From the sequence record MH355584.1: DNA of 64,000 nt; one strand, given 5' to 3'. The position numbers and the translations under genes were made by a program. Of the stretch, positions 18,824-30,854 are shown in pieces. The first letter of the stretch is position 1. Each line of letters starts with the position of its first letter. Source of the DNA: Escherichia phage vB_EcoM_JB75. The notes below the pieces were generated by a model that saw only the letters and a program-made list of their open reading frames with translations, was not told the DNA's origin and did no database searches.

Positions 18824-21800
18824 CTATTTTAACCTGTGTTGGATTTTCAGGGTCTCTTGGATTTCCTATATTATCTTTTAGACGTTTATTAACTAAATCC
18901 CTAAATTGTGCAAATGTTGTTCCAGATGCATCAAATAGAGGACTCATTAATTTACGTCGTTCAGATGGCAATTGACCTTGAAATATTGAATTATTATTTT
19001 CAGCATTGTAGTCATCAGGAAGAGGATATTTTACACCAGCCATTGGGCCAGGTTCATAAATTGCTTCTCCTGTTACTGAATCATGTTCAATTTCGCCAGT
19101 TGGAGTTAATTTAGCTACTCTATCAGCATATTCAGTAGGCAATCCAGAATCCCATTTGTAGTTTTTATATTTATTAATTATTGTCTCTGTGTGTTTAAGA
19201 GTTAAACCGACATTAATAAACATAGTTAAAAGCGTGATTGCTATAAATCCAAATCCTACTGGATGAACAAAACGAATAACGTCAGATTTCCAACGAGAAG
19301 AAGGTAAATTGGATTTAATTTTCATTACATAATATGATCGACTTCTATTAATATAGTCTATATTATTTTGAAGCAAATCCTTTCCTTTAACCCCACGAAT
19401 AATTTCGCCTTCAAAACTAGGAAGTCTTTCTGCTTTAACTTCTTGCCCTGCTATTAAACGCCCCAAAAGATTATGTATAGTCACGGTCCATTGCAATTTA
19501 CCATTAGAATAACTTCTTTCTATATAAGTAACATTACATCTTCCTGTAGCTGTATAAATCGTTTGTCCTACTAAATCCTCAGTCAAAGAATCAGATTGAA
19601 CGATTATATCATATTCAGTACCAGCTCCAGATTCAATTTCAATTTCAACTTCTTCATTATAAAGAACTTTAAAAAGAAATTTGTATGATGCTTCAATTCC
19701 TTTAGTAGAATAAAAATCATAACTACGTGATTCAAAAAATCTTGCAACAGCATCACGTTTGTCAGCATTTAAATAAATGTTTCTTTTATATATCTCTGAC
19801 CACAAATATTCCCACGCATGCTCTTCTCGTGGATACTGATTACGAATTAAATTTCGTAAATTATTATACTGAGTTCCGTATCCGTCAGAAAGATATTGAA
19901 TATATGCTTCACAAAATGCCTCAAAATTCGAATCCTGCAACAAATAAGAATCAGGCATCATTGTGCCAATTAATGGTCTTAAATCAGGGTCAGCTAATCC
20001 ATGCTCTTCTTCTGGCGACCAAGGAGTCTCATGCTCTTGGTTTTGTAAAAATGCTTTTAAAAATACTCCAGTCGGCTTCCAAATAATTTCTACTGTATCT
20101 CTCACACGATAGTTAAAATCATAATAAGAAATTATTTCACCAGAAGATTTATAAAAAAGCATCCCAGACGCATATTTTTTAAATCCCGTGAATTTAACAT
20201 TTGGCATTACTATCGTGCAATCACCATCATCCCAGTATTCATGAACTAATCTATCTGGTGATGTTTCCGGAATATTTTCTATAACTTTAGTGTATTTTAA
20301 ATCAGCATAAACTACTACAGCTCTATCAGAATTGTTTATCCAACAGCGTGTGTTAGATTTTTTAGACCAGTTAAAGAACGGTTCTGCGTAGTATTTCATT
20401 GGTTGAGGAGTAAAAGTCTCCCAATCAGATTTTTCATCCGCTATAAATGCCATCATATGATAATGCTTATCAGCTAACCATTCACGAGGAAATTCATATT
20501 TAACAGCACCGATTAACTGATATTTTGCTGCAGTTTCAGGGTCATTAACAATGTTATCACTTAAAAATTTAAAATTACTCGAAGATAGAGAAACTAATTT
20601 ACCGTCAGTTGACATATTCGCATATCCAGGTTGAATACGTCTTCTTTCTTCTTCGGTATTACCGAAAACTCTTTTCCATGTTTTCGTGTCTTGATTCAAA
20701 ACATATATTCCTTTATCAGCAGAATCAATTATTTTTGATGTTCTAGGATTAGCATTTAATGTTTCAACTTCACCAATAATAAGAGCAAAAACTTTATCAC
20801 CGATAGAATCCATTTTATAGCATACTGCTTTAGGATTTCCGGTTATAGTCATTGTATCAGGTTCAAAAAGTCTTTCCGAATATGTTGGAGATAATGGATC
20901 AGAATCTATAGGTGCATTACTCGTTTTTATGTATCTAACTTTGTCTCTGGCGACAACGTAAATGTAATCATCGGTGCAAGTAATAGCTTCAGCTATACGA
21001 TACACATTTGCAGGTAATGTAGCATAAGTACCAAAGATTTCAACATCAAATCCTAAATGAAGTTGGTCTCCTAATTTAGCAAATGTTATATCCTGCGAAC
21101 TGAATCTGACATCATCTGCTGACCATCTAACGTCAGTCGATTTACGGCCATAGAAAATCTTATCGTATCCTAGAACGTATGTTGTGTTTGCAGATTGGTA
21201 ATATACAGTCTTAGATAAAGGATATCCTACACGGTCATTGAAGAGCTTTACAGCTTTCCAAGTTTGTCCTTTATCATTTGATACTTTAACTACGGGTTGA
21301 TAACGCTCAAAAAGATATAGAATCCCTTCTGATTCCATCAAATAAACTCGGTTAATATCCTTACATATTTGCTGAATAGAACCTTGTATTTCATGATACT
21401 CGTTTTCACCAATAATAAAATTACTAATTGATGAGACATCAGCATACGATGGGCTGAACTGAAATGATTCATTCATCAACGCAGCCATTATTGTGTCATT
21501 ATTAAAATTAACATAATCAGAATTATTAAGAGTAAATTTTTCCTGAATGAATTTATTGGCTAATTGCATTTCAATCATGTTTTGAAATGTATAAGCGTTT
21601 GTAGCAAAAGTTTCAAACTCTTCGGTATAAATCCAATCAGACTGCTCAAAATCTTGCGCAGCTGTAGCTACTCTGATAATGTATGATGTCAATGGATTAG
21701 CATCATCAAAAAAGAAGCTGTTATTTGCAGTATATCCTAAGTTAATCCATCTGTATTGATTACTCGGGAGATTTTCCCCCGAGTTTGTTTTTGTCTCAGC

Positions 21801-21914
21801 GATTTCTACAAAATAGTAGAAATTAGCACCAACGTCATCCCAGCGTACTTGCACCTGATTTGCGGATAACTTGGAAATTCTGAGACTAGTGACTGAAGGT
21901 GCTTTTACTGTCAT
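18816..21914 (-). CDS. 7: baseplate wedge initiator gp7
   Basis: 1032 aa, T4 length and position. Confidence 0.85.
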   Translation of the reverse strand: MTVKAPSVTSLRISKLSANQVQVRWDDVGANFYYFVEIAETKTNSGENLPSNQYRWINLGYTANNSFFFDDANPLTSYIIRVATAAQDFEQSDWIYTEEFETFATNAYTFQNMIEMQLANKFIQEKFTLNNSDYVNFNNDTIMAALMNESFQFSPSYADVSSISNFIIGENEYHEIQGSIQQICKDINRVYLMESEGILYLFERYQPVVKVSNDKGQTWKAVKLFNDRVGYPLSKTVYYQSANTTYVLGYDKIFYGRKSTDVRWSADDVRFSSQDITFAKLGDQLHLGFDVEIFGTYATLPANVYRIAEAITCTDDYIYVVARDKVRYIKTSNAPIDSDPLSPTYSERLFEPDTMTITGNPKAVCYKMDSIGDKVFALIIGEVETLNANPRTSKIIDSADKGIYVLNQDTKTWKRVFGNTEEERRRIQPGYANMSTDGKLVSLSSSNFKFLSDNIVNDPETAAKYQLIGAVKYEFPREWLADKHYHMMAFIADEKSDWETFTPQPMKYYAEPFFNWSKKSNTRCWINNSDRAVVVYADLKYTKVIENIPETSPDRLVHEYWDDGDCTIVMPNVKFTGFKKYASGMLFYKSSGEIISYYDFNYRVRDTVEIIWKPTGVFLKAFLQNQEHETPWSPEEEHGLADPDLRPLIGTMMPDSYLLQDSNFEAFCEAYIQYLSDGYGTQYNNLRNLIRNQYPREEHAWEYLWSEIYKRNIYLNADKRDAVARFFESRSYDFYSTKGIEASYKFLFKVLYNEEVEIEIESGAGTEYDIIVQSDSLTEDLVGQTIYTATGRCNVTYIERSYSNGKLQWTVTIHNLLGRLIAGQEVKAERLPSFEGEIIRGVKGKDLLQNNIDYINRSRSYYVMKIKSNLPSSRWKSDVIRFVHPVGFGFIAITLLTMFINVGLTLKHTETIINKYKNYKWDSGLPTEYADRVAKLTPTGEIEHDSVTGEAIYEPGPMAGVKYPLPDDYNAENNNSIFQGQLPSERRKLMSPLFDASGTTFAQFRDLVNKRLKDNIGNPRDPENPTQVKIDE

Positions 21915-23893
21915 TGTGATATAGGCTCCAAATCGATAGTTAAGTATTGTGGACGTAAGTCATTTTCAAATACAATCAGTGAACCATCGCGAGTAAAGAT
22001 AACATCATCGGTTGGGTCAGAATATAATTCAATAGTCTGAACTTCAAATTTTTCAGATGTTAAATTAATTTTAGCGATATTCCAATAAATCATGTCAGCT
22101 GGATAATTTATTTCACCGATAACATAGTATTTGTCGCGTCCATCAGAATTTGCTAATTTGTTAAAATCGTTGCCCGTATACGGCTGAATGTTTTCATTTT
22201 CTGTAACATCGCCAGAATCAAATGGACCAATAATAACTTTACCAATTCCTTTAGAATCTCGGTCTGTTGATACTATACGAACGTCATATAATACATCTTC
22301 TTCTAAACCAGTATCAGGATTTACAACCTTTCGTCCAGAATTAAATGAAAACGTATTAGATTCCATAGAACGATCTTTTATTTGATTATTGTATTTAATA
22401 CCTGCTTCAGGCGTTTTATAGAAGTTTTGTACTTCACGAACAATTTGAATTGTCGCTGATGAGCCAATGATAGAATGATCTGCATCATCTACATATGTCA
22501 ACATCTTAGATTTAGCGAAAGATGAATTAAAAATTTCTACGTCTTCGGTATAATAACGATCAATTTTATCAATTATTTGACCTTCGAGCCACTGTTCGGA
22601 TTCTTGCAGCTTATTTAAAGCATATGTGACTTTTAAATTAGTCTTAATAAAAAGATAATTAGGAGAAATAATTGATGGCGTAATAGGAGCTAAATTATAG
22701 TCTTTGAGATAATTTTTAATATCTTCACGCTGTACGGTAGTTAAATACAGACCTGATTTAGGTTTAGCAGCAATAAATGCATACCCAGGTTTAGTAGAAT
22801 CAGTGAAAGTTTGAACTGCCTGAATAATAGAACCAAATCTCTCTGAAACGAATGTATCATAGTCAGTCGCAGTTACGCAGCGTTGCTGGGTTTCGCGTTT
22901 AATAGTACCCAATTCGCGAATACGCTCAATATCTTCTGGATCACCGCCGCCGTCTGCTCCAACAAAATCTGGGTCATCATTTGGGTTTTCATTAATGTTG
23001 ATGACAGTTATATTTGTCAATGTATCTGCATATGAAAATCCGACTGCGCCATTCGCATCTGCACCGTTAGTACTGATGTACTCAATAACAATCGTAGAGT
23101 TCTGAGTAGGTTTAAGACCTCCAATATAATTAGCAGTCAATGCTCCTTCTGCCGCATTAACGGAAATCTCACCTTCACCAAAATAAAATTCAGTATTTCC
23201 ATCAATAGTTTCACGCATGTAGTAAATTGTTGATGTAGAACCAGCATGAACCATTGACTTTCTTGTCCAGTTAATCCATTCTGCTCCATCAACATACAGC
23301 TTAACTTGGTTTCTATCTATATTTTTGTCATAAATGATAATAGGTGTTAATTTATCATAAATGATTTCAGTTCTTACTATACGTCCCTGGGCCAATTTTA
23401 AACGTGGAAAATATTGGTTATTTTTATCACGAATAGCAATAACGTCTTCGGTAGAAACGAAGTTATATGGATTAACAGAAGTATCTTTTGCATATGCTAA
23501 AAAGCGAGTTCCGCGAGGAATTGTAATGTAATTCCTATTCAATGCGTCGGTGCATGTTAACATAATTTCGGTTTGCGCAGCGGATTTTGAAGTAGGTAAA
23601 TATCCGTTATCTTGTGCAGCTTGAACAACTGAGCTTCGTAAGTTAGCAGTACGCATAAAGCTTTCATATACAGCAGCATTACCAAACTGCTGAATGTACA
23701 GCGTATTATAAGCCAAAAGGTCACACAGAACGTTTAATCTTGAGCCTTCAAAATCATAATCCAAAAATTCATTTTGGCCATTAAGCCATTCAATGAGGTT
23801 TTGTTTTATTTCAGCAAACGTACCCCCGACGAATATCTCGGGAATAGCATTTGCTGTTCTTGTTAATTGATAATTTACAGGGGTATTTGCCAT
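21911..23893 (-). CDS. 6: baseplate wedge protein gp6
   Basis: 660 aa, T4 length and position. Confidence 0.85.
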   Translation of the reverse strand: MANTPVNYQLTRTANAIPEIFVGGTFAEIKQNLIEWLNGQNEFLDYDFEGSRLNVLCDLLAYNTLYIQQFGNAAVYESFMRTANLRSSVVQAAQDNGYLPTSKSAAQTEIMLTCTDALNRNYITIPRGTRFLAYAKDTSVNPYNFVSTEDVIAIRDKNNQYFPRLKLAQGRIVRTEIIYDKLTPIIIYDKNIDRNQVKLYVDGAEWINWTRKSMVHAGSTSTIYYMRETIDGNTEFYFGEGEISVNAAEGALTANYIGGLKPTQNSTIVIEYISTNGADANGAVGFSYADTLTNITVININENPNDDPDFVGADGGGDPEDIERIRELGTIKRETQQRCVTATDYDTFVSERFGSIIQAVQTFTDSTKPGYAFIAAKPKSGLYLTTVQREDIKNYLKDYNLAPITPSIISPNYLFIKTNLKVTYALNKLQESEQWLEGQIIDKIDRYYTEDVEIFNSSFAKSKMLTYVDDADHSIIGSSATIQIVREVQNFYKTPEAGIKYNNQIKDRSMESNTFSFNSGRKVVNPDTGLEEDVLYDVRIVSTDRDSKGIGKVIIGPFDSGDVTENENIQPYTGNDFNKLANSDGRDKYYVIGEINYPADMIYWNIAKINLTSEKFEVQTIELYSDPTDDVIFTRDGSLIVFENDLRPQYLTIDLEPISQ

Positions 23894-23901
23894 TTTAAAT
23901 C

Positions 23902-24195
23902 CTATTTAATGAATACTTTAGATGATGCCTGAGCCACAGTATCACCGCATGATATTGGATCAGCCATTTGAACAGCTTTCTTTCCAGTGACATATACCTT
24001 AGAAGTTCTAGGTTGTGTCACTCCGCCATGTGTTTCATATGGCTTTTTAATTTCTGTATGTTCTGTAATTGGATCGCCTGCTACTAGAACAGCAATTCCT
24101 CCAGTGAATACTTTACTTTGCGTAGCATTCACAACTGTTGGAGGCCACGCTTCATGGCCAGCAGTAACACACTTATCATAACTCAATCCTGACAT
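23902..24195 (-). CDS. 5.4: PAAR-repeat baseplate spike tip protein gp5.4
   Basis: 97 aa small beta-rich protein immediately after gene 5/5.1; T4 gp5.4 length. Confidence 0.8.
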
Positions 24196-24753
24196 TTATG
24201 ACCTCTCATATACATAGCTTCTTAATTTATTAGCCCAACGACTCCAATTTCCAACTATAGTTTTTGTGTAATTTTTAACTAGAGTTTTTCTTACTGGAGC
24301 AGGAGGATCAGTCGGTTCAGTAGTATCAGAAGATGACCTAGAATTACTGCCAGAACCTCCAGATTCACTTTGTTCTTGGTAGTCATATATTAATGTTACT
24401 TCGTAAGTGAATGTCTTCTGGAGATTTTGAGGAGCTTTCCACAAATACAACTGAGTATCAGAATCAGTAGGAAGTTCTTCCCATGAAGCAGCAGTTTTAA
24501 ATTCATCGCCTAAACGATATTTCAACGCGTCATTTCCAAATCCAAACACAGATTCATATGTTCCATATAAGCGATTTTCTTCTACTAAAACCCCAGGAGT
24601 TTCTTCGTAACTAGTTATATTTATAGATACTAACGTTTCACCTGTTTCTAATTGAGCGGTAAAGGTGACGTCGATAGAAGAACCTTCCATGGATTCTCCT
24701 AAATCAGCGCTCATTGGAAGTATATTAGCCAATGTCAATCCTCGATCCATCAA
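24196..24753 (-). CDS. 5.1: hypothetical protein gp5.1
   Basis: 185 aa ORF overlapping the 3' end of gene 5, as T4 5.1. Confidence 0.65.
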
Positions 24754-26452
24754 TTGTGTATTGACCGGATGAAATAGAACTCATAGATGCCATTTTTTCT
24801 GTCCAATCACCACCAACGTCCCAATCAACTGTCCCAGCAACTTTCCAAGAAAGATTTCCATTTACTGTATTAGTTTGATTACCTTCAACTAAAGTGGTAG
24901 CATCTCCTTTAACTGTGATGTCAGCATTACCTTCAACTACAATAGTAACATTACCTTTAACTAGGATAGTTCCATTGCCTTCAACAGTTTTCGTTTCGTC
25001 GCCACGTACAAATATTGTATTGCTTCCATCTATCTGGTGAAGACGATTATCCATGTTGTAATAAATTTCTGATCCACCGACGTTAGTCTTTTTATCACCG
25101 GCTACCAAAAAATTACCATCAGCGTTGGTTATATCATACAAATTATCAACAGTTTTTCTTGTTCTTCTTCCTGACGGTGATACTTCTTCATAAGTTCCAG
25201 TTGGATGAACTAATCTGTATCGTTCTTGCCCAGGGGTATCATCAAATTCCTGAATATGTCCACTTTCAGTTTCCATTGTATGCACATAAGGATATTCACC
25301 TTTATATGAAGAAACTGGTTCTTTGAATAAAATTCTCGAGTCATTTGGAATAGGAGGGTCAGCAGGGTCAGAAGATTTAGCTACAGTAGCAGCCATTGCT
25401 GATAGAGACCTAGCTGGGGTTTTCACTTCAACGCCATATGATTCTAAATTTCCCGTAAGAATAATCATGGTAACACGGGATGCACGGCCTTTTGTTTGTT
25501 GATACCACAATGAATCACGACCGGCTTTATATGCTTTTTCCCAATCTCCTGCTAACATAGCAGTTAACATTGTGTTAAATTTAGCTACACCGCCAACACC
25601 CATCTGAAACGCCATATTTTCTAATGCCATTTGACGAGAACGGTTGACAGCTTGCCAGACTGGTCCTACTTTAGAATGTGATTTAATATCCCTTTGCATA
25701 TCAGCCAAATCACGTTCAAATAAAGTCGTCGCTTCTTCCATTGTAATAGAACCTGGGTTTCCAGTAATTTCACGACCAACTTGTTTCGATAAAACTTTAT
25801 TAATTTGAGCCATATCACGAACTGGCTGCTTCATGATAAGATGACCAATACCAATTGTCGGATATCCTTCTGTATCCCAATAGACTTTTAGTCTTAATCC
25901 TTCATCACGGCGAAGCATTTCAGCCATTGACATATTTGGATTATCATCAGTTGGAATCTCTGATAGCGGTCTATCATCAGGATTTATCGCAGTGTCTAGA
26001 TTGCTATCTTGGATAATATTAGAAGACGAATCATATCCTACTTCTCCGCCTTGGTTTAATACATTAGTATCATTTCCTAAACGTCTAGGATATTGCCCAG
26101 TTGGGTCAGAAAATCCTTCAAGTCTATTCGGTTTTTCGCGAACTATTCCACCATACGTGCCAAGGACAATTCCGTTAGTTTTCCATTTGTCTAAAAAATG
26201 ACCATAAACTCTAGTTCCTTCTACCGGTCCAGTAACAGAACCTCCAATTCCAGACATTGCTGCAGAAGTTATAGGTTGAATAACTGACATCCATGGTAAT
26301 TTTTCAGTTGGAATACCCATTACATCGCCTTGTGCTCTTTGAGGTGGATGCAGACCAACCACACGAACACGAACACGACCTAATTTTAATGGGTCCATTC
26401 TATCTTCAACAACACCAACAAACCAATTAAGGTTATTACTTATCATTTCCAT
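24725..26452 (-). CDS. 5: baseplate hub / cell-puncturing device with lysozyme domain gp5
   Basis: 575 aa; contains T4-lysozyme-like segment MAEMLRRDEGLRLKVYWDTEGYPTIGIGHL; T4 gp5 length. Confidence 0.9.
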   Translation of the reverse strand: MEMISNNLNWFVGVVEDRMDPLKLGRVRVRVVGLHPPQRAQGDVMGIPTEKLPWMSVIQPITSAAMSGIGGSVTGPVEGTRVYGHFLDKWKTNGIVLGTYGGIVREKPNRLEGFSDPTGQYPRRLGNDTNVLNQGGEVGYDSSSNIIQDSNLDTAINPDDRPLSEIPTDDNPNMSMAEMLRRDEGLRLKVYWDTEGYPTIGIGHLIMKQPVRDMAQINKVLSKQVGREITGNPGSITMEEATTLFERDLADMQRDIKSHSKVGPVWQAVNRSRQMALENMAFQMGVGGVAKFNTMLTAMLAGDWEKAYKAGRDSLWYQQTKGRASRVTMIILTGNLESYGVEVKTPARSLSAMAATVAKSSDPADPPIPNDSRILFKEPVSSYKGEYPYVHTMETESGHIQEFDDTPGQERYRLVHPTGTYEEVSPSGRRTRKTVDNLYDITNADGNFLVAGDKKTNVGGSEIYYNMDNRLHQIDGSNTIFVRGDETKTVEGNGTILVKGNVTIVVEGNADITVKGDATTLVEGNQTNTVNGNLSWKVAGTVDWDVGGDWTEKMASMSSISSGQYTIDGSRIDIG

Positions 26453-27026
26453 AAGATTTCTCCATTATACGTATAAGGTCGTTCATAAATGAATTAATGT
26501 CTGATTTTGCTATTATTTTTATTTGACGAAGTTTTTCATTTTCAAGAACAGCATCTTCATACGTATTAACAGCAGCAAGTGCTCCTTCATATTGAGGATA
26601 TTTTCTAGCTTTATCACCTTTATCATACCAAACATATGGATTATCATCGTATGATATTAAATTATAAAATTTTTCACCGTTCTCATTCACATGATATACT
26701 ATTTGGTCTCCACCTACATTTTTGTATTTTTGTATAGATGCTTGATAAGCTGCTTCTTGTGAAGTAATCCATCCATAATACGGGTCATAATTATCATTAC
26801 ACATCAATAAAACCCAATACAACTGTGGATTTCCATATATAGTATTTGCTAATTCTTCCGGGCGTGGTGAACCTTTGATATAATAAGTACGTAAGCGGTA
26901 TCCCGCAAGAGCGCGTTTAAAATAGTCTTTATAGTTTCTAAAAATATCTGTCATAGGAATAGTCGGCGCGTTTTTATTCACCGTTTTGGCCGCATATTCA
27001 ATCGGATCAAAAAATGTAAAGAGCAT
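26436..27026 (-). CDS. 53: baseplate wedge protein gp53
   Basis: 196 aa, first gene of the late baseplate block, divergent from gene 4. Confidence 0.85.
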   Translation of the reverse strand: MLFTFFDPIEYAAKTVNKNAPTIPMTDIFRNYKDYFKRALAGYRLRTYYIKGSPRPEELANTIYGNPQLYWVLLMCNDNYDPYYGWITSQEAAYQASIQKYKNVGGDQIVYHVNENGEKFYNLISYDDNPYVWYDKGDKARKYPQYEGALAAVNTYEDAVLENEKLRQIKIIAKSDINSFMNDLIRIMEKSYGNDK

Positions 27027-27039
27027 GGGCCCTCCTGTT

Positions 27040-27047
27040 TATAAATA
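27040..27047 (+). promoter_or_regulatory. T4-type late promoter (TATAAATA) for gene 4
   Basis: Exact TATAAATA about 27 nt upstream of the gene 4 ATG. Confidence 0.55.
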
Positions 27048-27054
27048 TATTATC

Positions 27055-27062
27055 TATTTATA
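27055..27062 (-). promoter_or_regulatory. T4-type late promoter (TATAAATA) for gene 53
   Basis: Top-strand TATTTATA, i.e. TATAAATA on minus strand, about 30 nt upstream of gene 53. Confidence 0.55.
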
Positions 27063-27073
27063 AGGAGAATCCA

Positions 27074-27526
27074 ATGGCATATTCTGGAAAATGGGTTCCT
27101 AAAAATATATCAAAGTATAGAGGTGACCCTAAAAAAATTACGTATAGATCAAATTGGGAAAAATTCTTTTTTGAATGGTTAGATAAAAATCCAGAAATTA
27201 TTGCATGGGGTAGTGAAACAGCAGTAATTCCTTATTTTTGTAATGCAGAAGGGAAAAAACGTAGATACTTCATGGATATTTGGATGAAAGATTCTTCTGG
27301 ACAAGAATTTTTTATTGAAATAAAACCTAAAAAAGAAACACAACCACCAGTTAAACCAGCACATCTAACAACCGCAGCGAAGAAAAGATTTATGAATGAA
27401 ATTTATACATATTCTGTTAATACCGACAAATGGAAAGCAGCGCAAGCTTTAGCTGAAAAGCGTGGAATAAAATTTAGAATTCTGACAGAAGATGGATTAC
27501 GAGCTCTTGGCTTTAAGGGGGCATAA
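27074..27526 (+). CDS. 4: head completion protein gp4
   Basis: 150 aa, T4 length; divergently transcribed from 53. Confidence 0.85.
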
Positions 27527-28350
27527 TGGCTATTTTTCAAATAATTAATGAAAGCACTCCCCAAGTTCCAAAGGTTAAGCAATCATTAAACGAAAAGAAA
27601 TGGATTCAGATAGGTCTTGAATATAAAAAGGCCAAAGCAAAAGGAATGACAGGAAAGCAATTTGCTGAAGAAAGAGGAATCAAATACTCTACGTTTACTT
27701 CAGCAATGTCAAAATATGCTTCAGGAATTAAAACGGCTGAAAAGATTCAAAAGCTTGAATCAAAACCAATGAATAAACTCAATAAGCAAGAAAGACAACT
27801 GCTTATGATAAATTCATTCAGACAAACATTGCGTGATAAAATTCGTAATGAAGGTGCAGCAATTAATAATAAAACCAGAAAGTGGTTTGCTGAAACTATT
27901 AAGCAAGTAAAAGGACATAAAGTTGTTCGCCCGCAGCCGGGACGAATATATGCTTTTGCTTATGATGCTAAACACAAGGAAACTCTTCCTTACTGGGATA
28001 AATTTCCTTTAATAATTTACCTTGGTTTAGGTAAGCATAATTTAATGTATGGATTAAACTTGCACTATATTCCACCTAAAGCTCGTCAACAGTTTCTAGA
28101 AGAGCTTTTAAAGCAATATGCAAATACACCTACTATTACTAATAAAACGAAATTAAAAATTGATTGGAGTCAAGTGAAAGGATTTAGGGGCGCAGACCAA
28201 ATGATTAAGGCATATATACCTGGTAATATTATGGGTAGCCTTGTTGAAATCGCCCCGAAAGACTGGGCGAACGTTGTGTTGATGCCACTTCAGCAGTTCG
28301 TTTCAAAAGGAAAACGTTTCTCTGCAAACAAAGTCTGGTCAAATATCTAA
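27526..28350 (+). CDS. 2: DNA end protector protein gp2
   Basis: 274 aa, T4 length and order 4-2-3. Confidence 0.85.
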
Positions 28351-28456
28351 TTCTATTATCTTCCATTCTTTTCTGTTGTTTGTTCTAAATGGAATTGAAT
28401 GGAAGGGACTTAGACCCATTATACCACCAACAGTTATAAAGCATTATGAGGAATAT

Positions 28457-28987
28457 ATGTCGCAAGCTCTGCAACAAATTTTTAACCAAGCAAATACAAC
28501 TAACTTTGTAGTATCAATACCACATAGTAATACTACATCTGCTTTTACTTTAAATGCTCAGTCAGTTCCTATTCCAGGAATTAGAATACCTGTTACTGAT
28601 ACCGTGACTGGGCCGTTTGGACTGGGCCGAGCACAACGTCCAGGTGCTACATTTGAGTACGATCCACTCATCGTGAGATTTATAGTTGACGAAGAGCTTA
28701 AGTCGTGGATAGGAATGTATGAATGGATGCTAGGAACTAGTAACTATCTTACAGGCGAAAATACTGCCCAAAAAACAGGTCCTGAATACATTACGCTTTA
28801 CATTTTAGATAATAGTAAAACTGAAATCGTGATGTCAATAAATTTTTATAAGCCCTGGGTTTCTGACCTGTCTGAAGTAGAATTTAGCTACACGGAAGAT
28901 TCAGACCCGGCTTTAGTATGCACAGCAACGATTCCTTATACGTATTTTCAAGTAGAAAAAGATGGCAAAATTATAGCAGAAGTTTAA
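28457..28987 (+). CDS. 3: tail completion / sheath stabiliser gp3
   Basis: Track ORF 28376-28987; ATG at 28457 behind GAGGAA gives 176 aa starting MSQALQQIFNQ (T4 gp3). Confidence 0.8.
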   Translation: MSQALQQIFNQANTTNFVVSIPHSNTTSAFTLNAQSVPIPGIRIPVTDTVTGPFGLGRAQRPGATFEYDPLIVRFIVDEELKSWIGMYEWMLGTSNYLTGENTAQKTGPEYITLYILDNSKTEIVMSINFYKPWVSDLSEVEFSYTEDSDPALVCTATIPYTYFQVEKDGKIIAEV

Positions 28988-29036
28988 TGCTTCAGTTTCA
29001 TGTGTTATAATCTTAACTAAATTTGAGGAGAAACAT

Positions 29037-29761
29037 ATGAAACTAATCTTTTTAAGCGGTGTAAAGCGTAGTGGAAAAGATACTACTGCTGATTTTATCA
29101 TGAGCAATTATTCTGCAGTTAAATACCAACTTGCTGGTCCTATTAAGGATGCATTGGCTTATGCATGGGGAGTATTTGCAGCAAATACCGACTATCCTTG
29201 CTTAACTCGTAAAGAGTTTGAAGGAATTGACTATGATCGTGAGACTAATTTAAATCTAACTAAATTAGAAGTAATCACGATTATGGAACAAGCATTTTGC
29301 TATCTTAATGGTAAAAGCCCAATTAAAGGTGTGTTTGTTTTTGATGACGAAGGACAAGAATCAGTTAATTCCGTAGCATTTAACAAGATTATTGACGTTA
29401 TAAATAATATTGAAGATCAATGGTCAGTCCGTCGTCTGATGCAAGCCCTAGGTACGGATTTGATTGTTAATAACTTCGACCGCATGTACTGGGTAAAATT
29501 ATTTGCTTTAGATTATCTTGATAAATTTAACTCAGGTTATGATTATTATATCGTTCCTGATACCCGTCAAGATCATGAAATGGATGCGGCTAGGGCGATG
29601 GGTGCTACAGTAATTCATGTAGTTCGTCCTGGTCAAAAATCCAATGATACACATATTACAGAAGCTGGATTGCCAATTCGTGATGGCGATTTAGTAATTA
29701 CAAACGATGGTTCTCTTGAAGAACTTTTTTCTAAAATTAAAAATACACTAAAGGTACTATA

Positions 29762-29762
<1 letters not shown>
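29037..29762 (+). CDS. 1: deoxynucleoside monophosphate kinase gp1
   Basis: 241 aa; P-loop GVKRSGKDT; T4 gp1 length and position. Confidence 0.9.
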
Positions 29763-30447
<685 letters not shown>

Positions 30448-30456
30448 TTTCACAAA

Positions 30457-30498
30457 GTTGTTTACATACTGATGAGGTAGTGATACTATTACCTCATC
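30457..30498 (+). promoter_or_regulatory. T4-type early promoter with dyad-embedded -10
   Basis: TTTCACAAAGTTGTTTACAT with -35-like GTTTAC, then GATGAGGTA-gtgatactat-TACCTCATC (perfect 9-bp inverted repeat around the -10). Confidence 0.6.
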
Positions 30499-30520
30499 AA
30501 AATTAATTAGGAAAATAAAA

Positions 30521-30778
30521 ATGAAAACTTTCAAAGAGTTTGCTACAAAAACTACTATCACTGAATCTTCCCATGGTATGGAAGTAAAGCTTGGAATGGC
30601 TTTAGCTGAAGCTGAGCGTCTTTTCTCTCGTATTAAAGAACTTGCTGCTGCGGTCGATCCTTCATCTTTTAAAGGAGACCAAACTAAAGTTAAAGCACTT
30701 TTAGCATTATGCTCCGATGCAGGAGAAATTGCTAAAAATGGTTCTAAGATGAAGAAACGATTAGAAGATTTAAAATAA
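30521..30778 (+). CDS. internal-protein-like small protein with capsid-targeting-like N-terminus
   Basis: 85 aa; N-terminus MKTFKEFATKTTITE resembles the T-even IP capsid targeting sequence with a gp21-type ITE cleavage site; own early promoter. Confidence 0.6.
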   Translation: MKTFKEFATKTTITESSHGMEVKLGMALAEAERLFSRIKELAAAVDPSSFKGDQTKVKALLALCSDAGEIAKNGSKMKKRLEDLK

Positions 30779-30787
30779 TTTCACAAA

Positions 30788-30828
30788 GTTGTTTACATAG
30801 GGTTTTAGTTGTGATACTATTACCCTAT
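30788..30828 (+). promoter_or_regulatory. T4-type early promoter with dyad-embedded -10
   Basis: Same TTTCACAAAGTTGTTTACAT block; ATAGGGT ... gtgatactatt ACCCTAT. Confidence 0.6.
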
Positions 30829-30854
30829 CAAAACAAAACCAAATGGAAATCAAA

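Noticed and set aside
19727-20086. 119-aa plus-strand ORF inside gene 7
   Set aside because: Antisense to gp7; no RBS or promoter; typical chance ORF in AT-rich DNA
28376-28456. In-frame 5' extension of gene 3 in the ORF track
   Set aside because: The ATG at 28457 has an SD and reproduces the T4 gp3 N-terminus; the longer ORF has none
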